DNA of 64,000 nt from Eledone cirrhosa (taxonomy: Eukaryota). The position numbers and the translations under genes were made by a program. Positions within the stretch are counted from its first letter, which is position 1. Every line of letters starts with the position of its first letter. The notes beneath the pieces are model-generated. The model saw only the letters and a program-made list of their open reading frames with translations. It had not been told where the DNA came from and did not search any database. Shown piece after piece: positions 12,301-25,838 of the stretch. Location of the stretch: NCBI GenBank assembly GCA_964016885.1, contig CAXHJY010000159.1, forward strand, positions 62,001-126,000, in the 5' to 3' direction.

Positions 12301-14896
12301 ACATTTTTTTAGGAGATCCATTAGCTTTATGACTTTAAGTCTGAACACCCTATCATGGGGATCTTTGGGTTCTTGATGATGATAAAGCTCACTCTTTATT
12401 TCATGTCGTGTTGGGTTACATGTGAACGTAATGAAGAGGTTTGGACGACTATAGTGTCTGACATATGTAAGTGCATCTTGGATACGCTCATGCATATACC
12501 GTGGACTTCCTGTAAAGTTTGATGGAAGAATAATACAAAGCTGTCCAATGTTATCAGCAGCCAATGTTCCTTCATTACTGATAGTTTCTCTCGGGTGAAT
12601 GTATGCAAGATCTTTCTGGTGTAAAGAAGCCTTTCTCCTTCAATTTTTGCGTACATATCAACTGAAAATTGCTGGAAGAGCTCATGTGGGCGATGAAGAA
12701 TATTGAAATCTTGCTCTCTTAATATCAAAAGGTAAGACTAGAATTCTAAGCAGCTTACTGTTTTTGACAGTGCAGGAGCTCTTGTTTTAAGATCTGTTTT
12801 TTATACCATAGTGATATCTATCTTGGCCAAATACACAGATTAATGCATACTGGAGTGCATCATATGATCGGTAGGTTGCATTTATCCGCTGCATCTTACT
12901 TCCTCTTCCTTGAATAATAATATCTCTCTTCCCATACTTGTCGCCTGTAATAGTTGCTGCTACTTCATTTGTGGCAGGGGCATTATAGCGGCCTCTGTGT
13001 TCAGCAACAGGTTTTTTGTCTGCATCAATAACTATCTTGTATTCAGTGGGTGATACAGATTATAATGCATACTTGAAGCTTCTGATGGAGCTATTGCTTG
13101 CATGCAACGTATTTTGCAGATCAAAATTTGGAAGGTTAAATGACCGTTGCAAAGCCTGCTCCTTGTAATTTGCCACAAAATATAGCTGTAAAAACTGAGG
13201 ATCTTTGCCTTCAGTTGGCAACAAAGATCCAATACAATGGTATAGTTGACCTTGAACTTTAACAGTTGGCTTCGTGTTCCCTTCTCTTATAATATTGCTA
13301 CCAAAGGTGGTCATTTGGAAATCAGAATTATCATTCCTAATGTTTTTCAAGAACTGCATGCTCCTTGGTGGTTTTCCCAAAAGCAATGCCTTCAAAGTAT
13401 CTGGGGGTGTACCAAATGTCGGTAAAACAACCGTTCCTCCACCACAACACATAGTGGTGGTTTCTCTTTCTTATTTCTTTCTTTTACAAAAATTGCACTC
13501 TTTTGACATTGCTCCAATAACAATCAATTTCTCTGTAGAATAATCATGTTTTGGATCTAAGTTAAAAGCTGATCTTTTCCAAGTCCCCTGAGAGGTGTAA
13601 CGATTTTGTCAAACGTATTCAGCCTATCTTGATCAAGACGCTTACGTCTTTCCTCTGAGGATTGACGAAGCCTTGCAGCAACTGTTTGCTCCTGGTTTTT
13701 TTCTTTGTCTAATCTCTCGCTGACCTATTTTCTCATTGGCAACTCTGGCAACTTGTCTTTGTCTTGCATCCTTTAAACGTTTTTACCTTTCCTTTTTTAC
13801 TCTTGGTTCCTGCGGATTGCATTTTGTTGACTTAAATGTTCTAACGGTTTTTCCCTTGCCTCTTGTGACTCATTGGCCCTGCGTGCAGCAGCTTTTCTCC
13901 AGTCGTTTTCATATCATTGCTGTCGTTTTTCAGGTGTCTCTAGTGACCTTTCTCTGGCTACCTGTACTCGCCTTTGCTTCACTGTAGAATACTGATCATC
14001 TACTTCTACCTCGTCTCCTCTTGTAGAGAGTGAGAACCATTTTTCTCGGAAACTTTTTTGAAAATTAAAATGGGGATTAAATGAAAGAATGAGTGAAAGT
14101 TACGTGAATATCTTCACAAAAGTGATTGTGGAACGCCGCACGCACGCACACACACATACACATACACATGCAAACGCACACACGCCCGCAAACGTGCATA
14201 CGCACGCAAACTCACACACGCACGCGACGTGCACGTACACATACGCACACACTCACACATGTTGATAGTTTTTACTTTTTGTGGAACGTCGCACACGCAC
14301 ACACACGCACACACACGCACACGCACACAGGTTATTAGTTATTACTTTCCTTCCTTTCTTATTTCCACACACATCACGCACTCATGTATCTACACTGACA
14401 TATATACATACAGTATCATATATACATACAGTATCTCTCTCTCTCTCTCTCTCTCTCCCACGATCCTCAACTTTTTGTGCCGGCTTTTTTCAACTTCTAT
14501 AGAACATACATAAAGTATCAAACAAACAGCGTCTCTCTCTCTCTCTATCCCCATCTCTTTCAACTTCTTCTACAGAAACTTTTCTCTCTGTGCTTCTTTC
14601 TCTCTTCACTCTGTTTTATCTCATTCTTTGTTTCTCTCGCTCACACCCTCTGTAACACTTCCTCTCTTTTAGTCTGTCTGCTTCTTTCTCTCTCTCTCTC
14701 TCTCTAATTCACTCACACACTCACACTATTTACATTTCTCCCCTCTATCATAAAACGTTGTGACGAATGAGAAGTAAGATGGAGGAGGAGAAGTAAAGAG
14801 TCACTTCCTCACTTTGCCTCTCCGTTTCTTTCTCTCCCTTCTCACTCACTCTTTGCCATTATGCACGGACATACAAATACACAGACATCTGCTAAT

Positions 14897-14901
<5 letters not shown>
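9322..14901 (-). mobile_element. Decayed autonomous Helitron (Rep + PIF1-type helicase pseudogene)
   Basis: Frameshifted ORF fragments: CCGGG..LP Zn region, ILPSNFTGSPRYM...LFITFTCNP (Rep), AVASYGIAAT..TAHSTFKLP, IIWDECTM, LSGDFRQTLPV, MLLRNLDP..LCNGTRL, QFPVRLCFAMSIDKAQGQT..FSHGQLYV (PIF1). 5' end TCTATATT at ~14901; 3' end GGGCAATACCGGGTGCCTCTGTTAA (degenerate hairpin + CTAG) at ~9322. Confidence 0.9.
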
Positions 14902-14977
<76 letters not shown>

Positions 14978-14978
<1 letters not shown>

Positions 14979-17708
14979 TTCTTTATTTACCATAAAGGCA
15001 TAAAAAGAAGGGACAAATACAAAGGGGGAGTTTACATATAATCGAGTAAAAAGGGTGTAACATGAAAATAATCGAAAATAACCTCAAAAGGGAGGGGACG
15101 TGATGGGGGTTGCACACACCCCCGAAAAAGTGTGCAATCCTTTGCCCGGGGAGCACATGGAGAAGGTGCTCCCCTCTCCTTTACTTCTTTACCTACAGGA
15201 TGGTATACAGAGAAGGCCCATTTACACGAGCCATTCTCGCCACTATCACCCACCTTTCATAAAACTGCCTGTGGCCAAGCACCTCTCTCTCCATTCTTAT
15301 CCTTCTTCCGAAGTGATATCGGAAGAAGTAGACCAGACTATGGCCAGAGAGGAAGTTGCCTGACCTCAGACCTTTCAATCGTGTCCACCAAACAACCTCT
15401 TTCAACATGGCTATTACGCACAGAAAAACCGCCTTTGCTTCCTTTGTGAAGAGGGGAGGCGGTTTGATTGTCATCACGGACTCGGCGGTCAATTTAATCG
15501 GCGCCACCCGCGACAGCAGTTGTTCGGCGTAGCCCCACAGATCAGCCACGCCCGGACATTGCACCAATGCGTGCGCAACGGTTTCTTCGTGACGCACGCA
15601 TCTAGGGCAAATCTTTTTTGAGGGATCCCTGCCCGGGCGCCCGTGTCTGTAGAGCCTCTCTCGAACGGGTAGAGCCCCCCGGTAGCACTGCCAGGCCAGT
15701 GACTTCTGGAAGTTGTCCATTGGTCCTGGGCCGAAAGTCCTACCGAACAGGCTGGCCAGTTCGTCTTCTTCCATGTCCAGCGACTCTCCAAGGGGGTCAT
15801 CGCCCCTGCTAGCCACCAGCGCTCTATAGAATGATGAGGTGGATTCTCCACCGATGGCCTGGCCCGCTTGCCAGAGAGCCCTGAGCGCCTGAGCACACTC
15901 AGTGTGCCAGTCTCCCAGTTTTCCGGATCTTTGCTTGACCCAGGACTGTAGCTCGGTGAGTGAGACGAGTCTCGGAAAGGCTCGTTTCACGAACGGAGCC
16001 CACACCGGTTGACCAGTGAGGAATACCTGTAGGTGCCGTAGCCTTAATGCGTGCCTACGCATCATCAACCACGGCATCCCCAGCCCTCCTTTCGAAGGTT
16101 GTTGGCAGCAGATGGATCTTCTCACCATAGGAGGACGCTTCTTCCAAAGAAATTGGAAGAGCATGCGTTCCATGGTGGTGAGTGTTTCCTTAGGGCAAGG
16201 CACGACAGTCAGGCGGTAGTAAGTGACGGACGCTATGTAAATGTTCGCCACCTCCGCCCGGCCTTTTAGGGACAGCTTACACTTGGCCCATTTCTGGGTT
16301 AGTGCAAACACCTTGTTCGTAACCTCGTTCCAGTTCTTTTCCACCTGGAGGTCCGGTCCAAACCAGACCCCAAGCAACTTTACCGGGCCCTCCGTCCAGT
16401 GTCCGACGACACCGTCAGGAGGCATCGGTCTGCATCTCCACGTTCCGAGTTGCAGCCCGATGGATTTTTCCCGGTTCAGTTTCGCTCCTGACAACCTTTC
16501 GTACTCCTCCAGTAAGGTACCGATCGCCTCGATCTCCGAGTCGGTTGATACCATTACTGTTACGTCATCGGCGTAGGCCGACACCGCTTTGCTCAATCCT
16601 GGTTCCAGGGGGATACCCTGCAACAACTCCAACTTCCTCAGTAAAGGCTCGAGAGTCAATACGTACAGAAGGGAGGAGAGAGGGCACCCCTGTCGAATGG
16701 ATCGTGTGATTTCGAACGGCTTCGAAAGGTAGCCGTTCACCTTGATCCTAGAACAGATGTGGTTGCTATGTAGGGCAGTGATCCAGCCTCTGAAAACAGG
16801 ACCGAACCCAGCCGCCGCTAGCACCGCATCCAGGTAACCATGGTCGACCCTATCGAAGGCCTTAGACTGATCCAAGTTGATCAGGGCCCCACCGAAGCCG
16901 GGTTTGTTGCCAACCCTCTCTATGATGTATTGCATGAGGTGGAGGTTATCGTGAATGGACCTGGGTGGGATAGCACATGTCTGCGCATCTCCCACCAAGC
17001 CACCCACGACAAGCGCCAACCTCTTTGCTAACACCTTGGCCAAAATCTTTAACTCTGTGTTTAGCAGGGTTATGGGCCGAAAATTATTTATACTATCCCC
17101 CTTGTTCTCGTCCTTCCTCACCAGCGTGACTACGCCCTTGGCTACAGAACAAGGAATTCTCCCGTTCTGCTGCCAATTGCAGTAGACCGCTTCGAGGAGT
17201 TCGGAGAAGAAGACCGGCATTGCTAAATAAAGTTCGTAAGGTATACCATCGAGACCTGGAGATTTGCGTCTGCTGCATTGGCTCAGCGCATCTCCGATCT
17301 CATCAGCCGAGATTGGTCCCTCGCAGGACTCTGCCTCTTCGTTCGAGAGACGCGGCAGGCCGTCGAGGTATGGACCGAAATCCACGCCCCGGCCCGGACC
17401 CTCGCCTCCCCCGAACAATCGGGCAAAGTGCTTTTGAAAGGCCTCGCACATCTGCTTAGGCTCCCGGATCACTCGTCCATCTTCGTCTTGCAACGACCGG
17501 ATGGTGGATCGATTTCCACTCTTAGCTTCTGTCACGCGGGCCCATCCAACGGCTTTGGCCCCCTCATTACCTAGAGCACGTATTTTACTTCGAATGACGC
17601 AGCCTTCGTGCTTTGCATCGAAAAACTGGTTCAAGGCCGTCCTCGATGCCAGCACTCTGGCCACATCTTCGCTCTTGATTGCCTCTTCTAATTTACCTGT
17701 TAATTCTT
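14978..17708 (-). mobile_element. 5'-truncated Tx1/L1-clade LINE inserted in (GATA)n
   Basis: Uninterrupted ORF2 fragment, 3' UTR ending AATAAAGAAA, and pure (GATA)n on both sides (about 14897-14977 and 17709-17782). Confidence 0.92.
15193..17708 (-). CDS. Tx1-type ORF2 fragment (reverse transcriptase + C-terminal CCHC), N-terminally truncated
   Basis: KSPGLDG, NFRPITLLN, LDQSKAFDRV, RQGCPLS, AYADD, CPRC..EETVAHALVQC. The ORF-track N-terminus (YLSI repeats) is microsatellite read-through. Confidence 0.85.
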
Positions 17709-17783
<75 letters not shown>

Positions 17784-17978
17784 CAGACCTGTCAACTCTC
17801 CCCATCTGACGAGGACATCTCCCTGTTTAGGCTCATTTCCTTCCGTCTCCCCGTTTTTGTGACATAAAGCTTTCATTCTGTAAAATCTCCCCATTTTGCC
17901 TCATTTCTCTCCATTTTGGGGCATTTTTTTTTTTTTCATGTTACTCCCCGTTTGAGTTTTTAGAGGTTGGCAAGTCTG
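17784..17978. mobile_element. Short TIR element (hAT-like MITE)
   Basis: Terminal inverted repeats CAGACCTGTCAAC and GTTGGCAAGTCTG (11/13 match), with subterminal CTCCCC repeats. Confidence 0.55.
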
Positions 17979-18124
17979 ATAATATGTATTATATCGATAC
18001 AGTAGAAGATGGATATAGTGTGCTGCTTTAAAGTTTCACGAAATGGGTTGCATAATGGTATGCAGGAAGCAATATGAATCTCAAAGGGTCACCAGAGACA
18101 TTTCATCATTTCAAACTCTATATA

Positions 18125-18416
18125 ACTGTTCCCTGTTAGAATAGTTAAGAATTTCGCTGCTTGTGAAATTACCGTGAAAGTGACTAAGCATTCCACAAGC
18201 ACGTGTACCATTAACGTAATTCACAGGGAGATTCAATGCCCACAGTATGTTTATCAAGGCTTGCTCCTTAAATTACAGTTATACTCCATTCAACAGGCTT
18301 CCAAACAGTTTCCGCTTACCCAGTTTTACTCACAAAACGTCAACTCGAAACTATGGTAAATGACACTTGCCCAAGATGCCACGCAATTAAATCGAATTAA
18401 CCATTCGGCCATGTGC
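18125..18416 (-). mobile_element. Degenerate CORE-type SINE
   Basis: tRNA-like head GCACATGGCCGAATGGTTA followed by the CORE-like CTTGGGCAAGTGTCA on the minus strand. Confidence 0.45.
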
Positions 18417-18459
18417 AATAAAGCTGCGGATAAACATTGTGTGTAGAGATTCTATTTAT

Positions 18460-18650
18460 GGCATCAGGCATGTTTTGCGGCATAGAGTTACGGCCCTTTA
18501 TGTTCTGAGTTCAAATCCCGCCGCGATTAGCTTTGCCTTTCATCCTTACGGGATTGATAAAATAAAGTACCAGTAATGCACTGGGGCTCGATCAAATCGT
18601 CTTTCCCCTCCCAAAAAATCGTTGGCCTTGTACCTAAATCAGAAACCATT
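18460..18650 (+). mobile_element. tRNA-SINE copy
   Basis: Same family motifs as the 3861 cluster. Confidence 0.7.
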
Positions 18651-18910
18651 AATAAATATGTGTAGTAAAAAGTGTATTGATATTGATGATGAAGAGGTGG
18701 ATGGAATGAGAAGTGGCGGACGTGAGGTAAAGGAAGCTGGTGATAAAAAGAAAGTTTGTATAGACGAAATTATAATTGGTGCCGGTGACCAATATCTAAT
18801 CAATACTAGCGGCGTTGCCAGTTGTCGGAGAGTTGTTTTGGCAGCAGATGTTGAGGACGAAAAGGATGATAACGACGACGGTGATAGAGATGGTGGAGTG
18901 TATGTAGTGT

Positions 18911-18960
<50 letters not shown>
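18911..18960. repeat. (GAT)n microsatellite
   Basis: Direct read. Confidence 0.95.
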
Positions 18961-18962
<2 letters not shown>

Positions 18963-19109
18963 GAGGAGGAAGATAAAGGGGAAGATGGGAATGATGTCCA
19001 TAAACCCGAATAACAGATGACACAAAACACTAACTATTCATAGGTTTAGGTTTCATTAGATCCTTTAATTTACCATATTTCCCGTTTCATAGTTAATTTT
19101 AAATATGTG

Positions 19110-19495
19110 AGGACGGTGTGTTGGCAGTATCGGTAGAACGTCGGACAACATGCTTTGTGGCATAGACTTATGGCCCTTTGTATTCTGAGTTCAAATCCCG
19201 CCGAGGTTAACTTTGCCTTTCATCCTTACGGGTCGATAAATAAAGCACCAGTAATGCACTGGGGTCGATTTAATCGACTTTCCCCTCCCAAAAAAATTGT
19301 TGGCCTTGTGTCTAAATCAGAAACCATTATTTTAAATATCCGAAAACATCAGATACGGATATTTAAAATAATGGTTTTACTTTTTGCACAAGGCCAGCAA
19401 TTATCCCAGTGCATGAATAAAGTATCAGTAATGCACGGCGATAATTCCTGGCCTTGTGCCAAACATAGAAACAATTATTTTAAATATCCGTATCT
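19110..19495 (+). mobile_element. tRNA-SINE copy followed by an inverted (fold-back) tail duplication
   Basis: Full SINE at 19110-19330. Imperfect palindrome at 19351-19495 (AGATACGGATATTTAAAATAAT ... ATTATTTTAAATATCCGTATCT). Confidence 0.7.
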
Positions 19496-19681
19496 AAGAA
19501 CTTTTAAGATTGTGTTCCAAAAACTTCCAAAAGAGATCGTTAGTTATTTTAAATGCCCAAGAAACGCTGTATGTCACTACGATGACCCTATGACTCCATC
19601 AAACATTACAAGTCTATCTATACATATATGTAGAAGAGGTTCTATTGATAGGCACATTGTGAAGTAGAGATTGAAGATAAT

Positions 19682-19682
19682 A

Positions 19683-19763
<81 letters not shown>
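19682..19763. repeat. (TAG)n microsatellite
   Basis: Direct read. Confidence 0.95.
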
Positions 19764-20936
19764 ATATTATATGCGGTAAGAATTTTAGATAGTCATTATG
19801 TATAATAGAATTTGTAGATGGATGTTATGTAGAATAAGTATTGTATTTATAGATAATCTGCACAGTAAATGTAGTTCATTTATATTAGGTGTTTTAACTC
19901 TTTTTAATACCTACGTACCTAAAACTGTCCTTCATTCTATAATACAAAATTGTCTGTTTTAAAAGTATTCATACTTATATTAAAACCTACCAATATAATT
20001 TTATCTAAGAATTATCTAAGAATTATCTAAGAATTTTTTTAATTGTGTTCCTAAAACTAAAAGAGATCGTTAGTTATTTTATTAAATTTCTCCAAATTTT
20101 CTATGATTTCCAAACTTAATTGAAACAAATAGACAGTGTGTTTATATGTTGTAGAGATTGCTTTGGTCGACATTATAATATTATATGCAGTAGAGATGAT
20201 AGATAGATATTGCTAGGCATTCTGTGGTAGTAACTGTTGATAGACCCTATTTGTAGTAGAGAGTGTAGCATTGTATAGAAGAGGTAGTAGTGATAAATAA
20301 TTTATGCAGTAAAGAATTTAGATGGACATTTTATATAGTGGGGTTTCTGTTCATTGAAACTAAGTGTCTTATATATTGTATGATAGATATTGTGTGTAGC
20401 AGTTTTTGTAGTTGGATATTATTTGTAATAAAATGAATAGCCCACTATAGTAGTGGTAAAAATACAAAGTGAAGAGACAACACATCTGTGAATCACAGAC
20501 AGGGGTGTGTTTGTGAGTGACTTCATACCTGTCAGTCATGCGACCTCTCTTTGGATGCAATATATAATGCCTGTGTGTATACTAGCAACACAGTCCCAGA
20601 TGTGGGAGCAGTAGTCTATTGTTCTCGTCCAAGCTTTGTTTATTGTTTGGTAGTTGCTTGTGGCTGAAGTTTTTTTGTAAAGAAAAACCAGTATTTTTTT
20701 TACCTAGCTTTGGCTAGCTTGTGGATGTGCGTTTGCCAAGAAATTATAACGTCTAGCATTTGTGTCGCCCTTGTATATTCTCGTTCTGTGCTGTTCACAT
20801 TTTGGGGATGGGGTGCAATAATATGTTCTTGATATGTATACTAATTGCCTTTGTGTTGATGATCGTGATCACAATAGAGGAGAAGGGCTTGAAGGTGTCT
20901 GTTCGTGGAGTCAGTGCAGATTGTTTATGGTGTGTA

Positions 20937-21831
20937 CGAGGTGTGTCAGAAAAGTTCCAGGACTGATGTCAAAAGATTTATTTCAAACCCAAACTTCACA
21001 CTAAGAGTTTTCTCCTTCAAAGTAATCCCCCTGGAGTATGTAACTGTAATCTTAGCTCTCTGCAGCGATCAAACTTTTTTCTTCATAATTTTATATACAT
21101 GTCCTCTGTTTCAGGTCCTCAAGCAATGAGCACAGAGCAACGAACAAACTTGAAAGCTCCGTCAGAAGCACTGGGATTGCTGCAGCAAGTGTATGGAGAT
21201 GAGACGATATCACGCTCACGTGTTTTTGAGTGGTGCAAGAGGTTTAAAGAAGGACGTGAGGACGTGGAAGATGACCCAAGGAGCGGAAGGCCCTCAACAG
21301 CCAGGACTGAGACCAACGTTGAGCGCGCCAGGCAGCTGGTGCGTAGCGATCGTCGGCTGACTGTTCGACTGATGGCAAATGAGCTGGGTAGGAATCAGGA
21401 CAGCGTCTGGAACATTCTCACTGAAGATTTGGACATGCGGAAAGTCTGCGCGAAGGTGGTGCCAAAACTGCTGAACGATGACGAGAAGGGTCGACGCATG
21501 CGAATGTGCCAGGAGATCCTCGAGCGTCTTGAAACCGAACCAGACTTGCTAGGGACAGTCGTCACCGGTGATGAGTCATGGATCTTCGAGTACGATCCGG
21601 AGGGACCCCGTTTTGAAGACGTAGACGACATGAAAAAGGCCGTGACGACGGAACTGCGAAGGATCCCGGAAGAACCCTTCCAGGAGTGCATGTAAGCGTG
21701 GCAGAAAAGGATGGAAAAGTGCATTAGACTCCAGGGGGATTACTTTGAAGGAGAAAAACTCTTAGTGTGAAGTTTGGGTTTGAAATAAATCTTTTGTGGC
21801 AGCAGTCCTGGAACTTTTCTGACCCACCTCG
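20937..21831 (+). mobile_element. Internally deleted mariner transposon with TA target duplication and ~100-bp extended inverted ends
   Basis: TA|CGAGGTGTGTCAGAAAAGTTCCAGGACTG ... CAGTCCTGGAACTTTTCTGACCCACCTCG|TA. Transposase has HTH (SRSRVFEWCKRFKEGR, DDPRSGRP) and VVTGDESWIFEYDPE fused directly to GPRFEDVDD, so the rest of the DD34D core is missing. Confidence 0.92.
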
Positions 21832-21849
21832 TATTGGCCGCGTGTGGGT

Positions 21850-22440
21850 ATATGCTTGTGTACGGAGGTTAGGAATGAAGGGTGGTATCATCTGCCTGAG
21901 AATGAACGGTTTGTGGGGTGATAGTAAGTAGGTCGGTGATTTACAGGATTGATAGTGTTTTGAGACATTAACTCACTCTAGGGTACCCCAAGGTTTATAG
22001 GATATGACTCAGCGTGAGCTTTATCAGCGCACACCATAATGAAGTGAAAGCCACTGGCCGTAAAGTTGATAGCTGAACGGAGTCCATTGACGGGTGATTT
22101 TGCTTTGAGATTATTCGGGTCAGTCACAGTGAAAAGTTTTGCTGGCGTCGAGGACAACAATATAAGAGCCCCTTTCTGGTGACATAAAACAGCAGATCTA
22201 TTGATATGACTTTATGAAAGTCGTACTGATGGAGAGCGCTGTTGTTAATGACTATTTCCATCATCTTTAAGATGCTAGAAGTAAATACGATAGGACTACT
22301 GTTAGCAGGATCAGAGGTGAGGGACTTGCTATAGAGCACTTCGCTATAGGGCACACTACAGTATTTTTTCCAAAAACAGTACATATCCCTAAAGATTGAA
22401 AAGTTTGGATAGCTCTGGGACACACTAATTTTCTCCATGC
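21850..22440 (-). mobile_element. Highly decayed LINE (CR1/L2/Jockey-group) reverse-transcriptase remnant
   Basis: Fragments such as PIVFTSSILKMMEIVIN..HQYDFHK resemble RT domain 1-2 motifs. Confidence 0.35.
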
Positions 22441-24331
22441 TTTTCAAATAAGTTTATTATAAAAATTGTGCTTAATAATCTGTATTCTAAGAAATTCAGA
22501 ATTTCTAATGACATTCAAAAGGAGCTTTGAACGTTCCGAAGAAAATATATTCAATATAGTTAAAGTATCGGAGACATATTGTTACATTTTGAATTATTAT
22601 AACTTCTGTTATAAATATTTTATTATAACTTAATCGGATAGCTCCATATATAATATTTACATTCTCGCTTTTTTTTTTTCATAAAACTAATCATATTTCT
22701 TTACCTTAATTTCTCAAAAGTACTGAAATAATCAAGTTTTTCTTCGTAATGCTTTATAGTTCGTACTATGTTGGTGCTAGCAGCACACCTTCATGTTTGT
22801 TTCATGGTTATTATTCGTTCTCTCTTCAATAGTAGGAATGCTATCATAACCTTTTATAAGCATATGAATTATTTTAAGTTTAGTTCCTTCTAATGTGACG
22901 AATAAAAGTAAACTAATATGGTATTTACAGCCAGTCAGTAATTCACTCCCATCTTTTACTTACCTGTTCTAGATATATATATATATCTGTCAACAAAGAC
23001 GCACAATTCTGATTTCAATATACCTATAAATATAATGCCACGATTATCCATTTCTCACATAGGCAGAAGATCGAGGATAATATAATCGATTATATCGATC
23101 CCATTACTTGAGTCGTACTTATTTCGAAGACCACGAAAGGATGAAAATCAATGTCAACTATGGGAATTGAACTCAGAATGTAAAAGGGCTTATCTTATCT
23201 AAATGCCACAAGATATTTTCTCTGATTCCCTACTGATGCTTTTATAATCTACAACTCTATATCTATCCATTATTATCAACATATTTATATGGCATAATTT
23301 CTTAAAATATCTATATCATTTACAACTCAATTTTAGCTGTAAGTTACTATATATATTTCTGTCTCCTATTTTATCAAGTAAGACACATTTCTATTCTACT
23401 TATCATAATATAATGCAATACGATTATTTTTACTTGATTGCAGAATTAGTTTTATTGATATATATTAGTCTCACTTGCCAAGTGTTATTTTCAAATAATC
23501 AATAAAACATAAATTGAAAAACAACGGTTGCCAATCATTATACATATGAGCCCAACTCTAAATTACTGCCTTCTACTTTTCATTTACAAAAGTATCAATT
23601 TCTTGCTTAAATTTTTCCATTGTTTGTCATAAAAATTTCCTTTTAAATTTAGTGCTGAAATAAAATCTTTATTCTAGCTTTTAATGATTACATTTTGAAT
23701 TATTGCCAACAAATTAACATATTTTTGTAAATCCTGTACAATTTAAAATTATCTAAATTTCCGTATATTTGCCAGTTCCAGGACGCAGCTATTATCTTGC
23801 CAATTAAATTGAAAACAAATGTAGTAGAGGAAAATATATCTATCTATGCCAAGCCCTGTTTGACAATTACGTGCAAAATGATATGGTGGATACCTATTAA
23901 ACATTCATTCCTGATATTTAACTTATTGTATTATTAAACAACTGGTTGAACGTTTTAATTGGATTCTGTAATAAAATAAATATCAGCCTATTTACTGTCA
24001 GTAACCCCATGAGGAATGATCAGAAAGGGGGTTTCTGAGAATAAAAAAAAAGGTCTGGTCTAGTCTGGTACTTTCGATAAACAATAGATGTTATCTTGAA
24101 TGGTAAATGGCAATATCAGAGCCATCATATTTTGGAATTTATAGATTATGCTAGACAAAACATTTATACAAATGTCGGATAGAGAACTGTAGTACAACTA
24201 TTGTTCCTTCGCCATCTTCAACTAATAATTTAAATAGTAACATTACCACTACGTTTTAATAGTAAGACAATGTAGTTATGTTGCTGTAATATCACACAAA
24301 ACCGATTTAGTATAAAATATCTTACGTGATC

Positions 24332-24670
24332 TAAGACCCCCTTCGGTCTCGAATGACCATGGGATTTGCACCTAGAAAGTTCCCTCCAAGGCACAAGTTT
24401 GGGCAAGGCTGTTTGTGGAAGACCAGCAGTCGCCCATGCATACCAGCCTCCCCTCTCTACGCCACCGATGTTGTTCAAAGGAAAGACAATAGCCGATACA
24501 GTTTGGCACCAGTGACGCCGCAACTCATTTCTACAGCTGAGTAAACTGGAGCAACGTGAAATAAAGTGTTTTGCTCAAAAATACTACGGAAAGCCCGGTC
24601 CAAGAATCGAACTCACAACCTCCCGATTGCAGGCCCATTGCTTGAACCACTAAGCCATGCGCCTTCACAT
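24332..24670 (-). mobile_element. Full-length CORE-SINE (tRNA head + CORE domain + 3' tail)
   Basis: GGCGCATGGCTTAGTGGTT A box, GAGTTCGATTC B box, TTGAGCAAAACACTTTATTTCACGTTGCTCCAGTTTACTCAGCTG core. Confidence 0.8.
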
Positions 24671-25035
24671 TTTCGTAATCACTAATCTACTATGTACAAA
24701 CAATTTTACTTATTTTTAGCTTTTTCTTTTCTGATAAAACTCTTACTATATTTATTTTAAAAGGATATGGCTTTCTTGATATTGTATCAAAAAAGACATG
24801 GCTTTCTTGATAACATCCTAAATGAACTCTAATTAGAAAATGCCTTCCTATTAATTTAGTACCTTTCATAAATACAAGCATCATGGACAGATGAACTGAG
24901 TGGCTTCCAGGTGAAATTAAGCCTCCAGGAGGGAATAACGTCCCATGATCCGATGATTTGTAACTAGCAATCTTTTCGCCAGAAGAATAACATCCAATTC
25001 AAAATATTACATGAATGTAGATGAACAACAATCGC

Positions 25036-25171
<136 letters not shown>

Positions 25172-25560
25172 GAACTAATTGCACAGCAGGGCGGGAAAGC
25201 AGATGGTGTATTATGGATAAGAATAGTGAAAACAGACAACAAAAAAGCGAAGGCTTCTAATTGCATTAAATTTGCCTTAATAAATTTGCCTTACATAAAT
25301 ATTTATAAATAGTTATTATTAAAGAGAAAGGGAGAGAGAAAGAGAGAGAGAGGGGGAGTAAGTGAAGCAGAGAAATATATATATATATATATATATATAG
25401 TAATAATAAATACAAAGATCAAAATCCAAAATTGTATACATATATATGTATACATATGTGTATATATATTTATATATATGTGGGGGGTGCGCGTGTGTGT
25501 GTGTATACGGTGCCCCAGCATGACCTCAGCCGGATGGCTGGAACAGGTAAAAGAATAAAA

Positions 25561-25624
<64 letters not shown>

Positions 25625-25791
25625 GAATATTTATATTTATATATGTTTGATACAACTATAAATATGTAGGGTAGTACTAAGTACTAGCCGGTTACCGGTA
25701 TGACAAAAGGCTCAATGCAAATTTTCAAGTGTTTTACAGAGCCGAGATACAAAGTGTTAAAACGATCACATTTTAGTTTAGAACATTTATT

Positions 25792-25838
25792 TGCTGACAA
25801 GTGTTTCTTCCAGAAGGAAGTCTGGAATCATCGGAGCA
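25792..25838 (-). ncRNA. Minimal type-I hammerhead ribozyme motif (degenerate, U4C) in a probable Penelope-like remnant
   Basis: TGCT-CCGATGA-TTCCAG..CTGGAA-GAAAC-ACTT-GTC-AGCA. Stems I and II pair. Confidence 0.6.

Noticed and set aside
9546-13452. Host PIF1 helicase gene
   Set aside because: Many frameshifts and stops, an upstream Rep domain and Helitron termini indicate a dead transposon.
17709-17805. N-terminal extension of the 870-aa RT ORF
   Set aside because: Read-through of (TATC)n and a neighbouring MITE. The LINE is 5'-truncated at 17708.
18622-19030. Poly-Met/His/Ser/Ile ORFs
   Set aside because: Translation of a (GAT)n microsatellite.
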